Shown here piece by piece: positions 36,916 to 46,904 of a DNA stretch of 64,000 nt. The notes under the pieces were generated by a model that was not told the DNA's origin, searched no databases, and was given only the letters and a program-made list of their open reading frames with translations. Source of the stretch: a virus; the IMG/VR virus record IMGVR_UViG_3300033996_001430, positions 10,837 to 74,836 of that record. One strand, written 5' to 3'. Numbering within the stretch: the first letter of the stretch is position 1; each line of letters starts with the position of its first letter. A program made the translations under genes and the position numbers.

Positions 36916-38046
36916 TTACACTTTTTTATATATCAATCTATAACCATCGTAAATTTTAACATTTAAGTCATTTACCGTATTTAGGTGTCTACCAGGTGAA
37001 AACCAATATTCAAAACCTTTTTTTATGTGACTTACTGAAGAATATATAAAATTATCACCATCGTAAAAAATAATACTTAACTCTCTATCAAAATCTATAT
37101 TACTTGAAATGTAATATCTATTTTCATCTAAATCTATTCTTGAGTTAAAAACATTATTTTGTAATGTTACAATTTCATTTGACAACTCACCTTTAGCCCC
37201 ATGGAAAAATAATATGTCTCTTCTCTTTTCTTTACTAGGAACTCTAACATAAGATGTCACCTCTTTTTCATTCTCATAGTTTGATTCATAATATTCTTTA
37301 ACATTATTAATATCATCAATGTTCATCTGTAAAAATGGTAATCTTTTGTTGTACTTGTATTTCCACAATAAAACATTCATGGTTGTCTCATCACTAAATG
37401 GATAGTAAAACTTAATTTCTTCAAGATCCAAATTAAATGCAAACTCGTTTAACCAATCGTATTCTTTGAGGAATTGTTTACAATTTTTATTGTAAACCAT
37501 TACCGATGTAACAGAATAATGCGTTCTATTTTTTACCGGTATGTGGTTCATTTTCATTAATGGATATTCCAAAATATTTGTCTCATCAAAACCTCCATTG
37601 TGGAATGGATTACCTCTACCGTAATTTATTTGATATTCAAACAACCCCTGTTGGATTAACGGATAATCCTCAACCTGATCAAAATATTTAAATAGTCCAG
37701 ATATATCACCTGTAGGTACCATATCAGAATCAATGTAGATTGCCTGATCTAAATTAAGATGCTCTAACGTATGTAATACTACCTTACTTTTGAAGAACAC
37801 TGACTTAAACATATTCTTGTTGGATACATCATTTTTGTTTCCAACAAAACTCATATTGTTTTCAATACTTAATGATTCAACAGGAACCGTGGTTAAGTTT
37901 GGTATTTCAGAATTATATTTAAAATTAAGTGTGTATAAATAAAAATCTAAATTATTATGATATAGATTTAATGACTTAACTAAATTCAAAGAGTTCTGTA
38001 AATAATTCTCAGTACAATGAAGTATAATTGATATCCTATTTTCCAT
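36916..38046 (-). CDS. putative GT-A fold glycosyltransferase
   Basis: YIDSD (DxD), SDETTMN, FFHG. Confidence 0.6.
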   Translation of the reverse strand: MENRISIILHCTENYLQNSLNLVKSLNLYHNNLDFYLYTLNFKYNSEIPNLTTVPVESLSIENNMSFVGNKNDVSNKNMFKSVFFKSKVVLHTLEHLNLDQAIYIDSDMVPTGDISGLFKYFDQVEDYPLIQQGLFEYQINYGRGNPFHNGGFDETNILEYPLMKMNHIPVKNRTHYSVTSVMVYNKNCKQFLKEYDWLNEFAFNLDLEEIKFYYPFSDETTMNVLLWKYKYNKRLPFLQMNIDDINNVKEYYESNYENEKEVTSYVRVPSKEKRRDILFFHGAKGELSNEIVTLQNNVFNSRIDLDENRYYISSNIDFDRELSIIFYDGDNFIYSSVSHIKKGFEYWFSPGRHLNTVNDLNVKIYDGYRLIYKKV

Positions 38047-38049
38047 AAA

Positions 38050-38667
38050 CTATTTTTTAATGAACCACCAACTGGCAAGAAACTCATCGGTTTTATTTAC
38101 TTTATATCCGTTGTTAAGACAGAATTCATCCACTGCCGGGTTAACACCAAACATTCCTGTATATGTTGACTTCTCAGGTTGTCCATCAGGGAAAGTATAT
38201 AAAGGTTGATCCTTTTCAATTTGACCCTCATAAAAATAATCAGGTAAATAATCATGACCCATAATCAAACCACCCGACTTAACCTTAGGGTACCATAATC
38301 TAATATCTTCTTTAACTGCCTGATATGTGTGGTTAGCATCAATATACACAAAATCTAATGATTTATCCTCAATGAAATTACAAGCGTGTTCACCCTTCAT
38401 TCTTAACATATAAGCACGATCTTCAAATCCCTTAATGTTATCCATAGCCTGAGAATATGCGTCAATGTGTTCTCTATGGTTTGAGACATCATCATACTCC
38501 TGATGAGGTAATTCTCTCCATACATCAACCATCAATAAGGTTCCACCCCAATTGTTTAATATTGTGTTCGCAAATTGCCCTTTGAAGGATCCTAATTCAA
38601 CACCAATTCCATTTAAGTTATGAAACTTAATGAAATCACCAATCTGTTCTCTATTCGTAAAATTCAT
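38050..38667 (-). CDS. class I SAM-dependent methyltransferase (Methyltransf_24-like)
   Basis: GVELGSFKG, DFVYIDANHTY, GGLIMGHDY. Confidence 0.85.
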   Translation of the reverse strand: MNFTNREQIGDFIKFHNLNGIGVELGSFKGQFANTILNNWGGTLLMVDVWRELPHQEYDDVSNHREHIDAYSQAMDNIKGFEDRAYMLRMKGEHACNFIEDKSLDFVYIDANHTYQAVKEDIRLWYPKVKSGGLIMGHDYLPDYFYEGQIEKDQPLYTFPDGQPEKSTYTGMFGVNPAVDEFCLNNGYKVNKTDEFLASWWFIKK

Positions 38668-38695
38668 ATTCTATTACTTTCCATTTTATATAATT

Positions 38696-38935
38696 TCAAA
38701 CTTCATTCTCTAATTGTTTTTTTCTTAGTTCATCTCGTTTAAATTTCAATTCTAAATCTAAAGAAGATCTAACAGACCAAATTAAATTATGATCAACTTT
38801 ATTACGACACATTTGACCCTCAAAATTAAGTATCAAACTTCTTACACCAAAAGTTTGTTCATATGTCTCACATGAATCAATTACTTTTCTTACCCATTTG
38901 TCTACGTCTCCGTAATGTTTACTTCTATTTTCCAT
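38696..38935 (-). CDS. hypothetical protein
   Basis: KVIDSCETYEQ motif. Confidence 0.7.
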   Translation of the reverse strand: MENRSKHYGDVDKWVRKVIDSCETYEQTFGVRSLILNFEGQMCRNKVDHNLIWSVRSSLDLELKFKRDELRKKQLENEV

Positions 38936-38941
38936 AATTTA

Positions 38942-39676
38942 TTAAATTTCCATTGTGGGTTTTAACCACATTAATTTGTTTTCAAAAATATATCTTTTTA
39001 ACGTTGGGTAATCGTTTAACATATCCAAAGTCAACATGGTGTCGTGTTTGAAACATTTCAACAACTCCTCACGGATTCTTTCAGAAGAAACAACCTTCAT
39101 CTTTGTTTCGTAATTGTAGTTGTTGATGTAGTAATCCAAGTGTTTCAAACTAAACCCTTTTGTGATTGCAAATCTAATTGCTCTTAAGACACGAAGTGGA
39201 TCATCATCAAATGTTTGTTTTGTTGGTAGTGGTGTACTTAAAACCATCTTCCCTAAATCCTTCATTCCATCAAACAAATCTATAATCTCACCATCATCAT
39301 CTTTTGCCATTGCGTTAACAGTGAAATCCCTACGTTCCAAATCATCTTTAAGGGTTCCTGGAACAACGATAGGTGTTCTTGTACCTTCCACATACCCAAT
39401 CTCTTTACGAGCCATTACAAAGTCTGCAACACCTTGATATTTGTGATCCTTAGGGAACTTAGCTCTAACAGTGAAACAATCAGGAGTTGAAAGAAATATC
39501 TCAAACTTTTCATTAGTAAGGAATGTCTCCAAAATAACAAACATTTCATGAGCACTTTTGTACTTTTCCAATAACGTATCACTTGGAACCGCAACATAGT
39601 CAACGTCTTTAGATTGAAGACCTAAGATCTCATCTCTAACTTTTCCACCTACCTCATAAATTTTAAATAAACTCAT
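38942..39676 (-). CDS. tRNA nucleotidyltransferase (CCA-adding/poly(A) polymerase family)
   Basis: VGGKVRD, DVD, DLERRDFTVNAMA, DDPLRVLRAIRF, SERIREEL. Confidence 0.9.
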   Translation of the reverse strand: MSLFKIYEVGGKVRDEILGLQSKDVDYVAVPSDTLLEKYKSAHEMFVILETFLTNEKFEIFLSTPDCFTVRAKFPKDHKYQGVADFVMARKEIGYVEGTRTPIVVPGTLKDDLERRDFTVNAMAKDDDGEIIDLFDGMKDLGKMVLSTPLPTKQTFDDDPLRVLRAIRFAITKGFSLKHLDYYINNYNYETKMKVVSSERIREELLKCFKHDTMLTLDMLNDYPTLKRYIFENKLMWLKPTMEI

Positions 39677-39677
39677 A

Positions 39678-39941
39678 TTACTTAGTTTCAATTATTGTGT
39701 ACGTTCCTTCTATCAAACCCAAAGACGATTCTTCCTGAAATGTATATGTTTGACAAGAGTCCTTTGATGTCATTGGTCTTGTTAAATACCAAAGCTGAGT
39801 TTCTTTCCAAGTAATATTAACCAACTTTTGTCCTTTTGGTAATCTAAGGGTTCCATCCCCTCCAAAGTTTCTAACTCTTGAATTTTCTGTACAAGATGTT
39901 ATCATAACACCCATTAAAATTGCTAAAAAAACTTTTTTCAT
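39678..39941 (-). CDS. putative lipoprotein
   Basis: ITSC lipobox; KLVNITWK..WYLTRPM. Confidence 0.75.
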   Translation of the reverse strand: MKKVFLAILMGVMITSCTENSRVRNFGGDGTLRLPKGQKLVNITWKETQLWYLTRPMTSKDSCQTYTFQEESSLGLIEGTYTIIETK

Positions 39942-39945
39942 TTTA

Positions 39946-40191
39946 CTATTTTTTATTTAAAGATTTGTTAATTAAAGTATATGGTGGACTAATTCTTACC
40001 TGAGACCCGTCACTATTAAAGTAATATGCGGTATCACCATCAAAACTAATTGTGTCCGTTAACCATATCGCATCTCTCATTTGGTTTGAACCTGAAGTAG
40101 AAACATTAACTTTACCATGAATTTCATACTTATATTCTTTCATGGTACAGGAAGTTATACCCAATAACATAATAAACATTAATTTTTTCAT
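39946..40191 (-). CDS. putative lipoprotein
   Basis: LLGITSC lipobox. Confidence 0.7.
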   Translation of the reverse strand: MKKLMFIMLLGITSCTMKEYKYEIHGKVNVSTSGSNQMRDAIWLTDTISFDGDTAYYFNSDGSQVRISPPYTLINKSLNKK

Positions 40192-40196
40192 AAATT

Positions 40197-40421
40197 TTAT
40201 TCTTTGATTTTTTCGTGTTTTTCTTTAAACTTATTAAACAACTCAATTAACTCATCAAAGGAATCAAACGACCATCTTTCTGTTTCAATTACAAAGAAGT
40301 CACCACCACCACCGTTATCAGTTTTGATTGTTAAGAATTGATCTTCCGTACTAAGGCAGTCCGAATCTTGCGCAAACGTGAGTTTAAACTCCTGACTCAA
40401 TATTTCAGCTTTTTTCACCAT
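40197..40421 (-). CDS. hypothetical protein
   Basis: GGGDFFVIETERWSFD; TATCTTTG upstream. Confidence 0.75.
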   Translation of the reverse strand: MVKKAEILSQEFKLTFAQDSDCLSTEDQFLTIKTDNGGGGDFFVIETERWSFDSFDELIELFNKFKEKHEKIKE

Positions 40422-40452
40422 ATCTTATTTTTATCAAAGATATGAATTATTT

Positions 40453-40755
40453 TTAGATAAACCTAATACTACCTTCAAAATTTTCAACCTCACATACACC
40501 TTCATCAATAGATAATATTCTATCAATATCCTCAGGGGTTAGTTTCAACTTATCTGGTCTTGCATGGATCTTAAAACTTTTTGTTAAGGTTAATTTTGGA
40601 TCCTTAATCAAATTTAATACTGTTTCGTTTTCACACTTAACAATCATTGGATATTGTCCGTTTACCGTTACAATAGCGTCATCCCCAACAAAAATTTCTT
40701 CCGTTGATCCAAGATAAGGTTTCTCATCAATTACAAATAATTTTACTCTACTCAT
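40453..40755 (-). CDS. hypothetical protein (start revised to MSRVKLF)
   Basis: revised start overlaps upstream stop. Confidence 0.7.
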   Translation of the reverse strand: MSRVKLFVIDEKPYLGSTEEIFVGDDAIVTVNGQYPMIVKCENETVLNLIKDPKLTLTKSFKIHARPDKLKLTPEDIDRILSIDEGVCEVENFEGSIRFI

Positions 40756-41059
40756 TTTTTTTTCTGTTATATATATGATTATGATTCCAATTACCACACT
40801 GATCACAAGATTCGTAATCCGTTGAATTCTCAACATCATACTCAAACTCATCTCCATGATTGAGAATCAAATGAACAATCTCTGTCCAATCATTCATACT
40901 TAATTTATTTTTTATTGATCTTAGGTTATCAATCAATTTATCCTGCAAATCATTTATTATCTCAGGACTCCTATTGTCGTACTCATGGATAAATAATGAT
41001 TCATCATCTATCTCAACATCAACACCAAAACAATTTTCACTTAAACCAATCTTATTCAT
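40748..41059 (-). CDS. hypothetical protein
   Basis: ENCFG..CDQCG. Confidence 0.7.
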   Translation of the reverse strand: MNKIGLSENCFGVDVEIDDESLFIHEYDNRSPEIINDLQDKLIDNLRSIKNKLSMNDWTEIVHLILNHGDEFEYDVENSTDYESCDQCGNWNHNHIYNRKKNE

Positions 41060-41370
41060 ATCCTTAAATCATTTTTTGCGTTCATATCCATAATATAATT
41101 CTTTAAATTTTTAATTAAAGATTCAGAATCACATTTTTCGTACATACCAGGATATCTTTTTGATAATTCGTTTGTTTCCTCCATGTCACGACAACTTGTT
41201 AATATATCCAATAACATAGATCTTAACATATGTTCTTTATCGTATGAATCCTCAATCTTCCTTTGAAGTACCTCGTCTTCAAGTTCTCTTGTGTACTCAA
41301 CAAGTTCTTGAACTTCAGGTTCATCCATTAGATGTTTATTATTTCTGAATATTTGATTTATGTTCTTCAT
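41056..41370 (-). CDS. hypothetical protein (start revised to MKNINQ)
   Basis: ORF in operon. Confidence 0.7.
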   Translation of the reverse strand: MKNINQIFRNNKHLMDEPEVQELVEYTRELEDEVLQRKIEDSYDKEHMLRSMLLDILTSCRDMEETNELSKRYPGMYEKCDSESLIKNLKNYIMDMNAKNDLRI

Positions 41371-41725
41371 AATGTTTATTACATAATGTTCTATACCAAC
41401 CAATATCTGTTCTCATATCTCCCTTTTCCCCACAGGTTTCACAAATCTCATAACTTTGATTTTCAGCCAATGTTATTCTTTTAAAAATTTCATCAGATCC
41501 GGCATTGATGTAAAATCTTAACCCACCAAACTTTTCTTTAACCTGACATAATTGTTTGTCCCAACCAAGTTTTATTAGATCTTCAATCAGTTCTTTAATC
41601 AATGGGTACCATCCACTATCAACATCAAACACCTCGCAGTGTTTAATAGTTGGTCTGTCTGAGTAATACCCATTCTCAAGCCCGCCTATAGATTCAAGAA
41701 ATTCATTCATTTCATCTTTACTCAT
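41339..41725 (-). CDS. conserved phage protein with C-terminal zinc ribbon
   Basis: GW..QVKEKFGGLRFY..CETCG..TLC. Confidence 0.8.
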   Translation of the reverse strand: MSKDEMNEFLESIGGLENGYYSDRPTIKHCEVFDVDSGWYPLIKELIEDLIKLGWDKQLCQVKEKFGGLRFYINAGSDEIFKRITLAENQSYEICETCGEKGDMRTDIGWYRTLCNKHYEEHKSNIQK

Positions 41726-42302
41726 CTCTCAGAAACTTTAATATTTTTTCTTTAATACTTAATTGTTTAATACCTTCACTACTTTTTGGAGTTAAAACAA
41801 AATTATCAATTCCCCAGTTTTTCCAGTCCTCACCATTCTTACCCATATTAAGATCGTCAACCGCAACCCAATGTGTTACTTCAGGGTGATCGTGTAGGTA
41901 TTGGGTAATCTCAATAACACGAGTCATTTCCAAATTCCATCTTGGTGACCAAACCCAAACTTGATCGTTATACCAAGTACACTGACCAAGATTAGTAGTT
42001 ACCGCAATTGGTCGTTTGATGATCCCCTGACTTTCGTAGTAGTCACCAAGTTCTTCAAGAGTTGCGTGTAATTTCCAATCAGACGATACAACAATTTCAG
42101 CACCTGTCTCTTCAAGGATCTCATTAAGGATTTTAACCGCTTTCTTATCAAAGTCATCAAATCTTACAGATACCGGAGCATCTTTACGTTCCTTACTTGA
42201 ATCAGGATTTGCTGAACGATATTTCGCCCATTTCTTTGTTCGTCCACCCCAATTGTTGGAGAGACAAATTACACCATCGTTATCTAGAACTAATACTTTC
42301 AT
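41718..42302 (-). CDS. HAD-family phosphatase (Swiss-army-knife RNA-repair-like)
   Basis: LDNDGV, IVVSSDWK, R..EI..YL, WVAVDD. Confidence 0.8.
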   Translation of the reverse strand: MKVLVLDNDGVICLSNNWGGRTKKWAKYRSANPDSSKERKDAPVSVRFDDFDKKAVKILNEILEETGAEIVVSSDWKLHATLEELGDYYESQGIIKRPIAVTTNLGQCTWYNDQVWVWSPRWNLEMTRVIEITQYLHDHPEVTHWVAVDDLNMGKNGEDWKNWGIDNFVLTPKSSEGIKQLSIKEKILKFLRDE

Positions 42303-42304
42303 AA

Positions 42305-42580
42305 TTACATTATTGATCCTTTAATTTTAAAAACATATTCAATCCATTCTTCAATTATCTCATATAAGTCATCTAACATTTCATCATCAATGTTTAACGC
42401 TTTACATATTGGTTGAACAAAATTTTTATATTCCAAATATATAACCTTTTCTTTTATGTTAAATCTAAAATAAATCTCACCTTCTTTATGATAACAAAGA
42501 TTTTTTGGACTACACACTAATTCACCATAATGTGTATCTAAAAAATTTAAAATAACAAATATTTTATTTTCTCCTATCAT
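42305..42580 (-). CDS. hypothetical protein
   Basis: ends IIEEWIEYVFKIK; loosely resembles N domain of 33501-35399. Confidence 0.65.
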   Translation of the reverse strand: MIGENKIFVILNFLDTHYGELVCSPKNLCYHKEGEIYFRFNIKEKVIYLEYKNFVQPICKALNIDDEMLDDLYEIIEEWIEYVFKIKGSIM

Positions 42581-42677
42581 TTATAAACTTATTAAATGGA
42601 TGGTCCTTATCTTTATTAATTTTCCCCATAAAAACAGAGATTATTATGATTAACAAAAAAAGTATAAGTCCTACCAT
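42564..42677 (-). CDS. small membrane peptide (37 aa, not in ORF track)
   Basis: MVGLILFLLIIIISVF..; TATATTTG 4 nt upstream. Confidence 0.55.
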   Translation of the reverse strand: MVGLILFLLIIIISVFMGKINKDKDHPFNKFINDRRK

Positions 42678-42706
42678 ATTGCAAATATAGTGAATTAATT
42701 CCAAAT

Positions 42707-42736
42707 AAAAAACCCCACCTGGTAAGATGGGGTTTA
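42707..42736 (-). terminator. intrinsic terminator
   Basis: AAACCCCA/TGGGGTTT stem plus T tract. Confidence 0.7.
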
Positions 42737-42752
42737 AAAATGTGTTAATATT

Positions 42753-44249
42753 TTACTTTTTACCACATATTTTCTTAACATCTTCGTCATTGATGGTTTT
42801 GTTCTTTGTTTTTTCTTCTAATGCCTTTTCCGTTTCTTCTCCGAACTTACCATCAACACCAACACCTAAACATTTTTGTAATTGCACTATTCTTGGTCCT
42901 TTACATCCTTTATGATATTCACCATTACAATTCACATACTCACTTTTTCCTGTCCCGTCATTACCACCACCTGATGAACTTGGATCACATTTCCAATCAG
43001 AGTTTTTATAATCTTCCACAGATTTATGACCACATTTTTTAGCCTTTACTAATAAATCTTCTGATTGTAAAACGTTACATTTAGGATCGTTAGGTATTTT
43101 TTTACAATATTTTTTTAAATTCTCAGCACATTCTTCAACGTGATCTTTACAATATTCTTCAGATTCAGTTTGTGCGTATTTTTTAGTCATATCAACTAAT
43201 GGTTCAGCAATGCCTTCCCAACCATAATCAAAATCACCATTTAACGCCTCTAACAAAGATTCTCCAAATGTATTTTCATATTTTTCACCTACCGCACAAA
43301 AATCACCAGGACTTTTAAATGATTTGAATACACCGTAAACCGCTTCTTCATCTGTACCCAAACCTTCCATGGCATGATATAATATCCCTGAATTCTTTTT
43401 AACCTCTGTATCACTCATATATCTTTTCCACTTATCCTTGTCACTACTTGATTGACAAATATCAAATAATTTTTCAACCATACCCATTTTATCGTCTTTT
43501 GTGTACGCCCAAACACCTAAAGCCGCGATACTCGCAACACCAATTATTGCCCAACCAACAGGACCTAAACCTAAAAAAGTAGCCGCAGCCGCTGCCGCTT
43601 CACCACCACCAACCGCAGCGGCCGCTCCTGCCCCTACCGCGACCTCAGTACCTACCACCGCCGCAGCTTCCGCTCCTCCTACCACCGCCGCAGCTTCCGC
43701 TCCTCCTACTACTGCCGCGGTTTCCGCTCCTCCTACTACCGCCGCAGTTTCCGCACCTACCGCCGCAGCTTCTGCTCCTACCGCAGCTTCCGCTCCTACC
43801 GCAGCTTCCGCTCCCGCAACTTCAGCACCTACCGCAGATTCGGCTCCTGCAACTTCAGCACTTGACGCAGCATTTTTTCCTATACCTGTGACTGATTTTA
43901 CTACTTTACCTCCTCCAACAGTGTTTGTTGCAGTTTGAACGTTTTTATTAGACGCAACATCTTTTACCGCATCAATAACCTTTTCAGGTTTATTAATCCA
44001 TTTTGAACCTTTAGGTGTTTTTCCTTTATCAACGGCAGAATCAAAAATATCACCATCTGGTGTCCTAAATCTTCTTGGTTTACCATCTGAAGTCCCATAA
44101 ATATTAGTACCGGAATCACTATCTAAACTTTTTAATATATCAGCATAACCTTCATAACCTTCTTGTTCATTTAATGTCTTAGAACGATCGTAACCCATAA
44201 GGTTTTTAATCCTATTTAACTCCTCAAGTATAAGTTTTTTATCTTTCAT
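42753..44249 (-). CDS. leader-bearing protein: Ala/Gly/Val repeat, TM helix, annexin-like domain, peptidoglycan-binding domain
   Basis: (AEAAVG)n; GPVGWAIIG; LYHAMEGLGTDEEAV..YENTFGESLLEALNGDF; LQKCLG..DGKFGEET. Confidence 0.75.
   Translation of the reverse strand: MKDKKLILEELNRIKNLMGYDRSKTLNEQEGYEGYADILKSLDSDSGTNIYGTSDGKPRRFRTPDGDIFDSAVDKGKTPKGSKWINKPEKVIDAVKDVASNKNVQTATNTVGGGKVVKSVTGIGKNAASSAEVAGAESAVGAEVAGAEAAVGAEAAVGAEAAAVGAETAAVVGGAETAAVVGGAEAAAVVGGAEAAAVVGTEVAVGAGAAAAVGGGEAAAAAATFLGLGPVGWAIIGVASIAALGVWAYTKDDKMGMVEKLFDICQSSSDKDKWKRYMSDTEVKKNSGILYHAMEGLGTDEEAVYGVFKSFKSPGDFCAVGEKYENTFGESLLEALNGDFDYGWEGIAEPLVDMTKKYAQTESEEYCKDHVEECAENLKKYCKKIPNDPKCNVLQSEDLLVKAKKCGHKSVEDYKNSDWKCDPSSSGGGNDGTGKSEYVNCNGEYHKGCKGPRIVQLQKCLGVGVDGKFGEETEKALEEKTKNKTINDEDVKKICGKK
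43580..43870 (-). repeat. coding low-complexity tandem repeat (AEAA(A)V(V)G(G))
   Basis: imperfect 18-27 nt units such as ACCGCCGCAGCTTCCGCTCCT. Confidence 0.85.
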
Positions 44250-44283
44250 AAAATGTTTTTAATATAAATATGTGATAAAATAG

Positions 44284-44311
44284 AAACCCCCATCAAAATG
44301 AAGGGGGTTTT
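44284..44311. terminator. intrinsic terminator
   Basis: AAACCCCC/GGGGGTTT stem. Confidence 0.65.
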
Positions 44312-44321
44312 ATAATTTGTT

Positions 44322-44513
44322 TTACCATTTACTCACATCTGTAAGATCTAAAGTTGCATTTGCTAATTTACTATAGACCTCTACTATTTGTCCAATACCA
44401 TTTGAGGTGAATTTATATTCATACTGACCATATTCACCGTAGATAACCTTTATGTGTTCTTTCCACTCATCCAATTTTTTAACCTGATCATCATCTAATG
44501 TAAATGTTTTCAT
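44322..44513 (-). CDS. hypothetical protein
   Basis: YKFTSNGIG..LDLTDVSKW. Confidence 0.7.
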   Translation of the reverse strand: MKTFTLDDDQVKKLDEWKEHIKVIYGEYGQYEYKFTSNGIGQIVEVYSKLANATLDLTDVSKW

Positions 44514-44524
44514 ATTATATTTTT

Positions 44525-45520
44525 TTAAATTGGTAAATCATCACCAACCTCAATAGGGTTTCTTGGTCTTAATGTCTGTAATCTTTGTCTTAAATATTCT
44601 AACCCTTCATCTTGAATAATGCCCAGGTCATTGGTTCTTTCTTGTACATGATTTATTATCCCCTCCCCCATCATTTCTACCGGTATTGGTTCTTCACGAC
44701 CAACCATTTCTTCTTCCGGCTCCTCATACCCACGATATTTTTTTAACTTTTCCAATTCACTTTCACTAAATAACTTATAGTTAAAATTTTTATCTTTAAC
44801 ATCAGATTTTATTTCACTAAACAACTTATGTAATAATTCAAACGGAAGTCCTGTCTCCATTGAATCTATTCTATCATCTTTTTGATCGTAGATATGAATT
44901 TGTTGTTTACCATGGAAAAACCCAAATTTAAAATTATTTATTTTATCAATTACATATACAAGTACTCCATCTCTTGAGTGATTATAAAAGTAACTAGGGT
45001 CATGAACTGAAGCAGTACACCATTTTGTTTGATACCCATAAGATACAGATGCTTCATATGTTAATGGTTTAATACATAAATATTGATCATCCTCATAAAC
45101 AACTTTTACTTCTTTTTTTGCCTTTTTAAATAGATCACGATTCTTAGCCATATACACCTCACTTGAGACCATATCCCAACTATCGTATTTACTAATGTCT
45201 TTTTCATTAGTTAAACCTCTCTCCATATAGTCACAAAACTCAACAAATAAATTCATCTCATCCCAACCATACAGGTGTCCAATCAATCTCTTTGTCATCC
45301 AACTATCAAAACTATTATCACCTAAAACCTCATCAAGTTTTCTTTCTCTTGGTGACGCTTCTTTAAGTACATATTTCGAATCGTTGTTAAAACTTTTTAT
45401 AAGTATTTTAACCAAAAATTGAGTGTATTTTTTAGTACTACTAGTATCTAGTTTACCCATCAAATCAATTAAACTAATATTAACTAATTCGTTTTCTTTT
45501 TTAATTTTTTTAATTCCCAT
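44525..45520 (-). CDS. conserved hypothetical phage protein
   Basis: PLTYEAS..YG..TKWCTA motif. Confidence 0.75.
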   Translation of the reverse strand: MGIKKIKKENELVNISLIDLMGKLDTSSTKKYTQFLVKILIKSFNNDSKYVLKEASPRERKLDEVLGDNSFDSWMTKRLIGHLYGWDEMNLFVEFCDYMERGLTNEKDISKYDSWDMVSSEVYMAKNRDLFKKAKKEVKVVYEDDQYLCIKPLTYEASVSYGYQTKWCTASVHDPSYFYNHSRDGVLVYVIDKINNFKFGFFHGKQQIHIYDQKDDRIDSMETGLPFELLHKLFSEIKSDVKDKNFNYKLFSESELEKLKKYRGYEEPEEEMVGREEPIPVEMMGEGIINHVQERTNDLGIIQDEGLEYLRQRLQTLRPRNPIEVGDDLPI

Positions 45521-45710
45521 TTTCTATATTTTTTTCTTCTAATGATGTTCCAAGTATATATAATTCAAAAACTATTGTTATTACAATTTGAAAGAATCCA
45601 CTGAATAACCACCAATTAAGTGGATTGTAATCTTTTTCAATCCATATCATAATGGCGTAAAATAAAAGGTTCTTTGAAAAGAATGCAAACGTGTTTAACT
45701 CCTGTTTCAT
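45510..45710 (-). CDS. small membrane protein
   Basis: two hydrophobic segments. Confidence 0.65.
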   Translation of the reverse strand: MKQELNTFAFFSKNLLFYAIMIWIEKDYNPLNWWLFSGFFQIVITIVFELYILGTSLEEKNIENGN

Positions 45711-45982
45711 TATAAAGGTAATCTATCTGCAATTTTCTTAATCAATTCTTCCTCTTCGTTTGTTAATTGATGATATGAGTTCCATATCTTGGTTAAGTTG
45801 TCTCTCAACTCTTCTTCACCTGGCGATTCTTGTTCTCCTCTAACTACTTTACGTATATTAGGATTTATATGTTCATCTAAAATACCATCATCATATAACA
45901 ATTCCGCCATACCCATTTTATCTTGACGATCCATTTCGTCATAGATATCATCTAAATCAATATTAACATTTATCCAAGCCAT
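45710..45982 (-). CDS. hypothetical protein
   Basis: ORF in operon. Confidence 0.7.
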   Translation of the reverse strand: MAWINVNIDLDDIYDEMDRQDKMGMAELLYDDGILDEHINPNIRKVVRGEQESPGEEELRDNLTKIWNSYHQLTNEEEELIKKIADRLPL

Positions 45983-46009
45983 CTGTTATTTTTTTAATAA
46001 TAAGTAAAA

Positions 46010-46732
46010 TTATTCATACTTCCAAATAAATCCGCCCGATTTTTTTGTTTTATTTGATAAATTAGATTTAATATCACCTTTAATATTATTGTCCTTCATC
46101 CAATTAAAGGCATCAGTCATACAATCATATTTTTTTAAAAAATTACCATCTAAATCAAATTGTAGAACACATTTACCATTTCTCTTTTTTGACTCCGATC
46201 GTTTTTTTATTAAATCATCACTTTGTTTTACACCTTTTAAAGGGCTTACATATCCCTCAGGAATGTTTTTAGGTGTTCCCTTTCTTAACCTATTTCTTTC
46301 CGATAAATCTGGTCTTGGTATGCCTATTTTAGATAATGCGGTTTTTGGATTTGGTTTTCCTTTATTATGAGCAGGACGACCTTTGTATTTTTTTGAGATT
46401 AACTTTGAGAACTCGTTTCGGATCCTTTGGTATTGTCTTGAGTTTACTTTATATCTCATACCATTCCTATCTTGGTTACACATACCCCATAACGCAAATT
46501 TCAATTTGTATTCATCAGGATGTATCTCACAAAGTAATAAATGAGCAATAAAATGTTCCTTTGCTGTTAATAATACAATGTTTGGGTGTGTTTTCCACTC
46601 TACAGTTTTTCCTTCACCACCCAAACATTTTGGGATTATGTGGTGTGATTCATAGTATACCCCACAATTTTTAATTCTATTTTCACTCTTCGCCCTCAGG
46701 ATTATCTGGTCGTACACTTTTTTGTAGTTCAT
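46010..46732 (-). mobile_element. HNH homing endonuclease with NUMOD1 C terminus
   Basis: ESHHIIPKCLGG..NIVLLTAKEHFIAHLLL; VLQFDLDG..GFIWKY. Confidence 0.85.
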
Positions 46733-46853
46733 AATATTTCTCCATAGCAATTTTATTTATTCGTTCTTTGTTACGATGGTAATACTGATTAGCCCATTTT
46801 TTTTGAGCCTCTTTTTTCTCCTCTTCCGTTTTGTATTTTTTTAATCGTCCCAT
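46683..46853 (-). CDS. small basic protein overlapping the HNH start (56 aa, not in ORF track)
   Basis: MGRLKKYKTEEEKKEAQKKWANQYYHRNKE; TATTTATA 4 nt upstream. Confidence 0.65.
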   Translation of the reverse strand: MGRLKKYKTEEEKKEAQKKWANQYYHRNKERINKIAMEKYYELQKSVRPDNPEGEE

Positions 46854-46904
46854 ATAATATAAATATATTACTAATAGAAAAAAACTAATATAAATTAATA
46901 TATT

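Noticed and set aside
43580-43870. High-GC patch as a foreign insertion
   Set aside because: Explained by Ala/Gly codon repeats within the ORF.
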